From the NCBI GenBank assembly GCA_007127595.1, contig SKZA01000299.1, forward strand, positions 1 through 11,747: a DNA stretch of 11,747 bases. The letters run 5' to 3'. The position numbers and the translations under genes were made by a program. Below, one piece after another: positions 6,760-11,747 of this stretch (within the stretch, counting starts at the first letter, position 1; each line of letters opens with the position of its first letter). Under the pieces are notes generated by a model. The model was not told the DNA's origin, ran no database searches, and was given only the letters and a program-made list of their open reading frames with translations. The DNA is from Kiritimatiellia bacterium. Lineage in GTDB: Bacteria; Verrucomicrobiota; Kiritimatiellia; SLAD01.

Positions 6760-8457
6760 TCATTTTATGATTTGTTGAGTGCCGGCTCCGGGGTTCTTGG
6801 CGGCTTCCGCTGTGGTTTCCAACGCCTTCTGCATGATGCGCTCGACCCGGTCGGCGGCCTCGTCCAGGACCTGTTTGCGCTCGGTCCATTCCTTGTCGCG
6901 TTCATCGCTCTTCGCTTTTTCCTGCTCGAGCAGGACACGCGCAAGGTCCGGGTTCTCTGCCGCATAAGCCGCCATTATTTCTTCCGGCGTCTTTCCGGCG
7001 GTTTGCATCTGCTTGTTCAGGTCCAGAAGGGATTGCCGTTTCGCCGGATCGTCAACTAGGCTGATCAAGGTGGCCAAATCAGCACCTTTACGGCTCTCAA
7101 TCCGTTGCGCCTCATCCTCGCGTGCCAGTTGGGCGCGGGCGGCGGCCTCGTCCCGCTCGATTTTTAGGCGCTCCTGCTCAAACTCCAACTCGAGCCGCCG
7201 CTTTTCCTGTTTTACCTTCAGCCACATTTGTGTGATGGCAACTTCGTTCTCTTCTTCCAAGCGTTTGGCTTCCCGGCTATACGCGTCGCCCAATTTCTTC
7301 AGGCCGATTTCGTTGGCCGTTTGCGCGGTGGCTTGGGCAAAGGCAAAGTCTGCCGCCTGCTTGTCAATTTCCTGACGATGCACCAGCCGCAGGAGGGCCA
7401 GTTCCTGAGTCCGGTGTTCCGTGGCCAAGCCCCGTTCTTGCGCCAATTGCGCGATGTATTCATTCAATTCCGCTTCCGACTTGAATTGATCCATCTTATC
7501 CGAGGCCAGCAGTTCGCGCAGACGCTGATCCAACTCGATCTGTCGCCGTTTCACCTCGACATCACCGGATTTCATCCGCAGCTCTTCGTATTCCTTGCCG
7601 GTGAACTCCGCTGCCGCCACGCGGATCAATTCCAATCCGTAACGGGGCAGTACATCCTTCATGGTTTGCGTCAGCGCATCTTCAATATGGAGTCGGCGTT
7701 GGGGGTCTTTGACCAAGTCTTCGATCGTCGACGTATTGGCGATGTTTTCCATCGCGTACCGGATCTCGCCGGTGAGCAGGGTCTCGATTTCCTGAAACGT
7801 TAGACGCTGATTGCCCTTGAATACGTTGGCCAGAAAGTCGGCCGCTTTCTTGTCAACGAAGTGAAACGCTACCTCCGTGTAAAGCTCAACCGGTATATCT
7901 TCCGCTGTGCGCAGGGCTTCTACCCGCAGCGGCAGGACGACGTCGCCGTTCTCCACCAGGACCACCGTGCGGGGCGGGGGATTGCCCCAATGATTGATCT
8001 TAAGCGCCATGCTTTCCGGGTTGTAGCGGCCGGGTGACAAGACATCCTTAAGCGCGCCACCATCCAGCAAAAGGGCGACAGTGCCTGCTTCGACAATTAG
8101 GCCGTCCTTCAGCATGGGCCGGATGTCACCGATTTCGAATCGTTCAGCCAACACCCCGCCCGGCCGTTGCCAGCGTCCACCGGCAATGCCGGCCCGCGTA
8201 TCTGGAAACAGCGGGGTACTGCAGTTCCAGCAGAAGTGCGACTCATTCCCGACCCACTTATTGCAGGTCGGACAACGCCACCATCCTCCGGGCGCACCCG
8301 CGCCGCACTGGCCGCAGAAGCGGGCGGCCTTCTTCACGCGATTACCGCAGCGCGGCGCTTTCGGATTTTGCCGGGCAGCCGTCAAGGCTTCGCCCGTCAA
8401 TACCTTTCCCGTTCGGGAATCGACCAATGCCTGACAACGATCTGAAAACAAGCCCAT
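6760..8457 (-). CDS. Double zinc ribbon, SPFH/Band-7 (flotillin/HflK-like) domain and long coiled-coil protein (565 aa), with no obvious TM segment
   Basis: Two in-frame ATGs occur (8463, 8457). AAGGAG lies 7 nt from the second. The N-terminus has CGNRVKKAARFCGQCG plus CPTCNKWVGNESHFCWNC. The SPFH-like region is …PGRYN…TAEDIPVELYTEVAFHFVD…TFQEIETLLTGEIR…GLELIRVAAAEF…. An E/R/K/A/Q-rich coiled coil of about 250 aa runs to the stop at 6760. Confidence 0.8.
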   Translation of the reverse strand: MGLFSDRCQALVDSRTGKVLTGEALTAARQNPKAPRCGNRVKKAARFCGQCGAGAPGGWWRCPTCNKWVGNESHFCWNCSTPLFPDTRAGIAGGRWQRPGGVLAERFEIGDIRPMLKDGLIVEAGTVALLLDGGALKDVLSPGRYNPESMALKINHWGNPPPRTVVLVENGDVVLPLRVEALRTAEDIPVELYTEVAFHFVDKKAADFLANVFKGNQRLTFQEIETLLTGEIRYAMENIANTSTIEDLVKDPQRRLHIEDALTQTMKDVLPRYGLELIRVAAAEFTGKEYEELRMKSGDVEVKRRQIELDQRLRELLASDKMDQFKSEAELNEYIAQLAQERGLATEHRTQELALLRLVHRQEIDKQAADFAFAQATAQTANEIGLKKLGDAYSREAKRLEEENEVAITQMWLKVKQEKRRLELEFEQERLKIERDEAAARAQLAREDEAQRIESRKGADLATLISLVDDPAKRQSLLDLNKQMQTAGKTPEEIMAAYAAENPDLARVLLEQEKAKSDERDKEWTERKQVLDEAADRVERIMQKALETTAEAAKNPGAGTQQIIK

Positions 8458-8469
8458 GACCATGCTCCT

Positions 8470-8820
8470 TTATTTCTTCTTCTCCGATTTCTTGTCCGTA
8501 TGTTCTTCGCAGGTGCGGATCTTTTTACGCGTCCAGCAATCATTGCAGATCGGCTCATCGCACACCTTGCACTTCTGTTGCACGGAGAGCCGGCTGTAGT
8601 AGCGCTTGCCACAGCTCGCGCAGCGCGTCTCCGGAGGATTGCGATTCGTCTTGCTTTGTTCGAGGTAGGCATGGAGGTCGGGGGTGGCGACACGGAAAAC
8701 GCGTCCGACGCGAACGGCGGGTAGCTCGCCGGAGCGAACCAGTTTGTAAATCAACTGATAGTTGACGCCGAGGACCTCCGCGACTTCTTCGAGCGATAAA
8801 AATGGCTTTTCCAGGGGCAT
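8470..8820 (-). CDS. Excisionase/MerR-family HTH DNA-binding protein fused to a C-terminal Cys-rich zinc ribbon (116 aa). It is the first gene of the operon and a putative regulator
   Basis: ATG 8820 is preceded by AAGGAC. The sequence 'LSLEEVAEVLGVNYQLIYKLVRSGELPAVRVGRVFRVATPDLHAYL' matches the excisionase-family HTH consensus (LT…EAAELLGVS…YRL…GELPA.R.GR..R…DL…L). The C-terminus is CASCGKRYY…CKVCDEPICNDCW…RTCEEH. The upstream 'M' at 8877 in the ORF track is a TTG inside a TTGACA -35-like box, not a start codon. Confidence 0.75.
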   Translation of the reverse strand: MPLEKPFLSLEEVAEVLGVNYQLIYKLVRSGELPAVRVGRVFRVATPDLHAYLEQSKTNRNPPETRCASCGKRYYSRLSVQQKCKVCDEPICNDCWTRKKIRTCEEHTDKKSEKKK

Positions 8821-8915
8821 AACCAAGTCCTTGATTAAATGTTTCTCCTGTTTATCTTTATTTATCTCTGGTGTCAATCAATTATTTTAAAACATTTTTG
8901 CACTTGGTTTATTTG
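8821..8915 (-). promoter_or_regulatory. AT-rich (about 30% GC) promoter island for the minus-strand operon. The candidate -35 is TTGACA (8877..8872), with a 17-nt spacer and a weak -10 TAAACA (8854..8849)
   Basis: Window GC is about 60%, and this 95-nt segment is about 30% GC. TTGACA was read on the minus strand. The first operon gene starts at 8820. Confidence 0.4.
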
Positions 8916-8923
8916 CGCCCAAA

Positions 8924-9055
8924 TTGGGCATTGGTGTCCTCGGCGCCGGTGGAACGGGGGAGGTGTATGGGGTTGAGCATACGACGTTGGAGCGAAGGTA
9001 CGCGCTGAAGTTGATGCCGGGGGTCTCTTGGCTGGGAAAATGTGACAATGCCTAA
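8924..9055 (+). pseudogene. Remnant of a Ser/Thr kinase N-terminal region (about 43 codons) holding only the Gly-loop through the catalytic Lys. It has no N-terminus and no remaining kinase domain
   Basis: Translation (L)GIGVLGAGGTGEVYGVEHTTLERRYALKLMPGVSWLGKCDNA* contains the GxGxxG loop followed by Y-A-L-K, the VAIK lysine motif. Upstream in frame there is only the AT-rich promoter, with a stop at 8888-8890. A stop follows at 9053-9055. Confidence 0.55.
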
Positions 9056-9156
9056 CAATACTTCTTGGGGCTCGAGCATAGCTAGAGGAGGAGGCGTGTT
9101 TGGGCCCCGCCATGAGGATCGATACCAGTTGAGCGACGAGACGCGTGATACAGTGC

Positions 9157-9483
9157 CTATCGCGCCATTATGCCTAGGAGGCAGTGCAGTTGGCAGGCAA
9201 TATCACCAATGTGTTTACGGTCGTCGCCCAGATTTCTGCGCCATGTAATATCTTCGCCGCTTTTAGCCATGTTTCGGCTCAGGATGTTACACGCATCAAT
9301 AAAGGCATTGTGGGCGCGAGTCCGCTCATCTTCCATCTCTTGTCGCGCTTCTGCAGAAGCCATAAACCAGTCCGTTCGCTTGCGCGCATAACGCACTGCA
9401 GCCAGTACCATGTTATCGACAAGATCGGTATGCCTCGAGCCCTTAATCGCCCTATACAGGCTTTCTATATCTTCAAAACTCAT
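9157..9483 (-). CDS. Hypothetical all-helical protein (108 aa) on a low-GC (about 47%) segment, divergent from abiEi
   Basis: ATG 9483. The track's upstream 'M' at 9492 is TTG. The segment 9240-9600 is 42-57% GC, versus about 60-65% in flanking genes. I recognise no family for MSFEDIESLYRAIKGSRHTDLVDNMVLAAVRYARKRTDW…. Confidence 0.45.
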   Translation of the reverse strand: MSFEDIESLYRAIKGSRHTDLVDNMVLAAVRYARKRTDWFMASAEARQEMEDERTRAHNAFIDACNILSRNMAKSGEDITWRRNLGDDRKHIGDIACQLHCLLGIMAR

Positions 9484-9682
9484 TACTCGCAATCAGTAGA
9501 ATTACGCCGCACATTTTTCTGTCCAGAGTGAGAGAGAAGATAGGCACAGACATCCTTGATTCCGAGAATATTCTTAAAGTTTCAGTTCAGCCTTCCCAGT
9601 CAGGAGTGCTACCATTCACGGACAAGAGGAATAAATGGTGGTCTCGACTTCAGCCACTGCGCTTCTACGGTCATGCGGTAAG

Positions 9683-9716
9683 CCGGCGACCCGCTGCTAA
9701 CCCGGCGACCACGCTG
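9683..9716. repeat. Near-tandem direct repeat: CCGGCGACC-CGCTG (9683-9696) and CCGGCGACCACGCTG (9702-9716)
   Basis: Read directly. It lies about 100-130 nt upstream of abiEi. It may be a regulator-binding site or a recombination/att remnant. Confidence 0.3.
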
Positions 9717-9774
9717 ATGCACTGAAACCGGGCGAGGTGGTCCCGGAGGGGCATCTCGGCGGGTGGGAATCGAT

Positions 9775-9821
9775 TTTCATTGCAACAAGGAGACGGAAGT
9801 GTCATTATGTTGCAATGAAAA
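9775..9821 (+). promoter_or_regulatory. Perfect 13-bp inverted repeat TTTCATTGCAACA-N21-TGTTGCAATGAAA spanning the abiEi RBS and start codon. It is the predicted AbiEi autoregulatory operator
   Basis: Left arm is 9775-9787 and right arm 9809-9821. The ATG at 9815 lies inside the right arm. The spacer holds AAGGAGA (9787-9793). AbiEi antitoxins are known to autorepress by binding inverted repeats in their promoters. Confidence 0.5.
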
Positions 9822-10453
9822 TTGAAGAGCTGCGAAATATCTTGGGCGACCAGGCGGTGTTCCGGACAGGAAACCTGCTGGCTGGGCAGGACGCGCCCGC
9901 CCATGTCCGGCGGCAATTGGCGCGGTGGGTGAAGGCGGGGAAAGTTATTCCGCTCCGTAGGGGACTCTACGTGCTGGCGGAGCCGTACGCGAAACAAACG
10001 CCGCATCCCTTCATACTGGCCAATGAAATGCGCCGGGCCTCCTATGTCAGCATGCAGTCGGCCCTTGCCTGGTACGGGTGCATTCCGGAATATGTGCCGA
10101 CGGTAACAAGCGTAACCACGGAACGACCGGAAGAAATAGAAAACGTCAAGGGCCGCTTTATCTTCCGTCATATCAAAAGAGATCTTCTGTGGGGCATGAC
10201 GCGGGAGGAGGTCGCGCCGGGCCAGATCGCGCTGGTGGCCTCTCCCGAAAAGGCCTTGATTGATCTGCTCTATCTAACAGCACACAGCGATGACGAGGGA
10301 TATCTTGATGAACTGCGATTGGATCCCGGGCACCGTCTATCGCCAGACCGCCTGATTGAGATGGCCGATCGCACGGGCTCCCAAAAAGTATTGCGCGCTG
10401 TTCATTACTTGGCCCGGGCATGGAAGCAGACGGAGGGGGGAGAGGATATATGA
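9815..10453 (+). CDS. abiEi: AbiEi-family antitoxin / transcriptional regulator (type IV TA), 212 aa
   Basis: MKIEELRNILGDQAVFRTGNLLAG…QLARWVKAGKVIPLRRGLYVL matches the AbiEi N-terminal wHTH motif (…L…G.l.R..RGvY.l). Its stop TGA at 10451-10453 overlaps the ATG of the next gene (ATGA). An alternative GTG start at 9737 cannot be excluded. AAGGAGA lies 21 nt upstream of ATG 9815. Confidence 0.75.
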   Translation: MKIEELRNILGDQAVFRTGNLLAGQDAPAHVRRQLARWVKAGKVIPLRRGLYVLAEPYAKQTPHPFILANEMRRASYVSMQSALAWYGCIPEYVPTVTSVTTERPEEIENVKGRFIFRHIKRDLLWGMTREEVAPGQIALVASPEKALIDLLYLTAHSDDEGYLDELRLDPGHRLSPDRLIEMADRTGSQKVLRAVHYLARAWKQTEGGEDI

Positions 10454-11253
10454 AGGATTTACTGCTGAATACCCTGCGTGATGAATCCGACGCCTTGCGC
10501 AAACGCAATCGGGCCCGCGAATTTCTGCAGGCGCGCATTTTGCTGTCCCTCCAGGATCAGGGTGCCTTCGCCAACTGGGCTTTTGTAGATGGGACAGCTT
10601 TGCGTTTTCTCTACGACCTGCCACGCTATTCCGAAGACCTGGACTTCTCGCTGCGGGCCCCCGGTGACGACGCCCGCTTCGCGTCCATCCTGCGGGCCGT
10701 TAAATCGGATCTCGTAGCCGAGGCGTACGAAGTGGACATCCGGGTCAGGGAGCAACGGACCGTCGCCGCCGCCATAATCAAATTCCGAGGGCTTCTCTAT
10801 GAAATGGACCTTTCCCCGCATCGCGACGAGACGTTTGCGGTCAAGGTGGAGATGGACACGAACCCACCGTCTGGCGCGGTATGTACGACGCGACTCGTGC
10901 GTAAACACTATCTGCTCCATCTCATGCAGCATGACCAAAGCTCCTTACTAGCCGGCAAGCTGCACGCCGTTTTGACGCGCAAATATACCAAGGGCCGGGA
11001 CCTATACGACTTGCTGTGGTATCTCTCGTCACCTGAATGGCCACCGCCGAACCTTGACCTATTGAGCGATGCCCTGGAGCAGACGGGTTGGGCTGGGGAG
11101 GCCCTGACGGAAACCGCCTGGCGGCAGGCGATCGCGGCACAACTCAAGAATATTGACTGGAAGCAAGCGCGTGAAGATGTGGCCCCCTTTCTCGAACGCA
11201 GTCAGGAGATCAATTTGATTGCGCCGGAACCCCTTGAACAATTGCTGAGATAA
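10450..11253 (+). CDS. abiEii: AbiEii/AbiGii-family nucleotidyltransferase toxin (DUF1814), 267 aa
   Basis: 'FVDGTALRFLYDLPRYSEDLDFSL' matches the AbiEii GGTAL…R.SEDLDF nucleotidyltransferase motif. The gene is translationally coupled to abiEi through the ATGA overlap. Confidence 0.8.
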   Translation: MKDLLLNTLRDESDALRKRNRAREFLQARILLSLQDQGAFANWAFVDGTALRFLYDLPRYSEDLDFSLRAPGDDARFASILRAVKSDLVAEAYEVDIRVREQRTVAAAIIKFRGLLYEMDLSPHRDETFAVKVEMDTNPPSGAVCTTRLVRKHYLLHLMQHDQSSLLAGKLHAVLTRKYTKGRDLYDLLWYLSSPEWPPPNLDLLSDALEQTGWAGEALTETAWRQAIAAQLKNIDWKQAREDVAPFLERSQEINLIAPEPLEQLLR

Positions 11254-11366
11254 AATTGCACCGTCTTACCATGATCAAATAATACGAAGGATTTTCTCCG
11301 TGTCTTGACGCCCAGCTATGGTTACACTGCCTTGAGTTAATCAGCATTGTTCGATTCGGGGTAGCC

Positions 11367-11657
11367 ATGGACAAATCATTAGGAGATCAACCGACACCGC
11401 GACCGGCTGACGATCTGGGCGAAGGCATCGTCTCGATCGGCGAGGTCCTGACCCGCCGCCAGCGCGCTCGTCTGAAGGCGGGCGATGTGTTGCTCGGGCG
11501 CTACAAGATTTTGGGCGAACTGGGGCAGGGCGGCATGGGGCTGGTGTTCCGCTGTCTTGACGAGGTCTCAGGTATCGAAGTGGCCGTCAAGATGCTGCCA
11601 CCGGAAGTTTCCCGCGATTCCGAGCGGAAGCCGGGGTCGGACCACAGGTTTTTCTAG
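11367..11657 (+). pseudogene. Ser/Thr kinase N-terminal fragment (96 aa), truncated 22 residues after the catalytic lysine. The kinase domain does not continue in any frame
   Basis: …LLGRYKILGELGQGGMGLVFRCLDEVSGIEVAVKMLPPEVSRDSE… carries the Gly-rich loop and the VAVK motif, then a stop at 11655-11657. Neither downstream frame looks kinase-like. Confidence 0.5.
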
Positions 11658-11747
11658 AGCATCAACGACTTACGACAGGGAGAAGGCACTATTTGGGGGC
11701 TTAGAGGCGTTTTTTGCGGGTGTTTTGGGTCTCTAAGGGTTTAGAAT

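Noticed and set aside
8821-8877. N-terminal extension 'MTPEINKDKQEKHLIKDLV' of the HTH protein given in the ORF track
   Set aside because: The 'M' is a TTG that forms part of a TTGACA -35-like hexamer in a 30%-GC region. The downstream ATG at 8820 has a proper SD. The same applies to TTG 9492 versus ATG 9483 for the 108-aa gene.
9528-9725. 65-aa ORF between the hypothetical gene and abiEi; possible tRNA-like or att sequence in 9600-9770
   Set aside because: The ORF has no RBS or motifs. I looked for tRNA T-arm (GGTTCGAATCC-like) and CCA features as an integration target and found none convincing.
11306-11366. TTGACG hexamer upstream of kinase fragment B as a promoter
   Set aside because: No acceptable -10 lies at 16-18 nt spacing (TACACT at 12 nt and TATGGT at 6 nt are mis-spaced), so it was left unannotated.
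1-11747. Possibility that kinase fragment B (11367-11657) and the kinase 3' part at the window start are one gene on a circular element
   Set aside because: Fragment B stops in all frames, and about 150 residues of kinase domain would be missing. The end of B and the start of the window do not join in frame.
1-11747. CRISPR arrays, rRNA, tRNA, transposase/integrase genes
   Set aside because: There are no regularly spaced direct repeats, no rRNA-like conserved stretches and no transposase or integrase-like ORFs. The mobility inference for the AbiE cassette rests only on GC skew and flanking pseudogenes.

Overview
High-GC (about 60%) bacterial DNA, probably Gram-negative because it encodes lipoproteins and outer-membrane beta-barrels. 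There are three main neighbourhoods. Large antisense ORFs inside real genes are GC-driven artefacts. (1) Positions 3-1514 encode the 3' part of a membrane-spanning Hanks-type Ser/Thr kinase, cut by the window edge. Its extracytoplasmic tail consists of four W/A-rich helical repeats. (2) A tightly packed seven-gene minus-strand operon runs from 8820 down to 1525 and converges on the kinase with 10 nt between stop codons. Its genes, in order, are: an excisionase-type HTH with a Cys-rich zinc ribbon; a double zinc ribbon with an SPFH/Band-7 domain and long coiled coil; a zinc ribbon with an unknown domain and an FHA phosphothreonine-binding domain; a lipoprotein; a periplasmic protein with signal peptide and C-terminal TM anchor; and two small outer-membrane beta-barrels. 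A 30%-GC promoter island at 8821-8915 drives it. This is the most interesting candidate: a phospho-signalling plus envelope-spanning module that I cannot assign to a characterised system. (3) Positions 9060-11300 hold an acquired cassette. It comprises a 47%-GC hypothetical gene and an AbiEi/AbiEii type IV toxin-antitoxin pair with a perfect 13-bp inverted-repeat operator over the abiEi start codon. Two truncated N-terminal Ser/Thr-kinase fragments flank the cassette, and their truncation junctions share a short sequence motif. An orphan, probably frameshifted VapB/AbrB-type antitoxin remnant lies between the two outer-membrane protein genes. No rRNA, tRNA or CRISPR was recognised.
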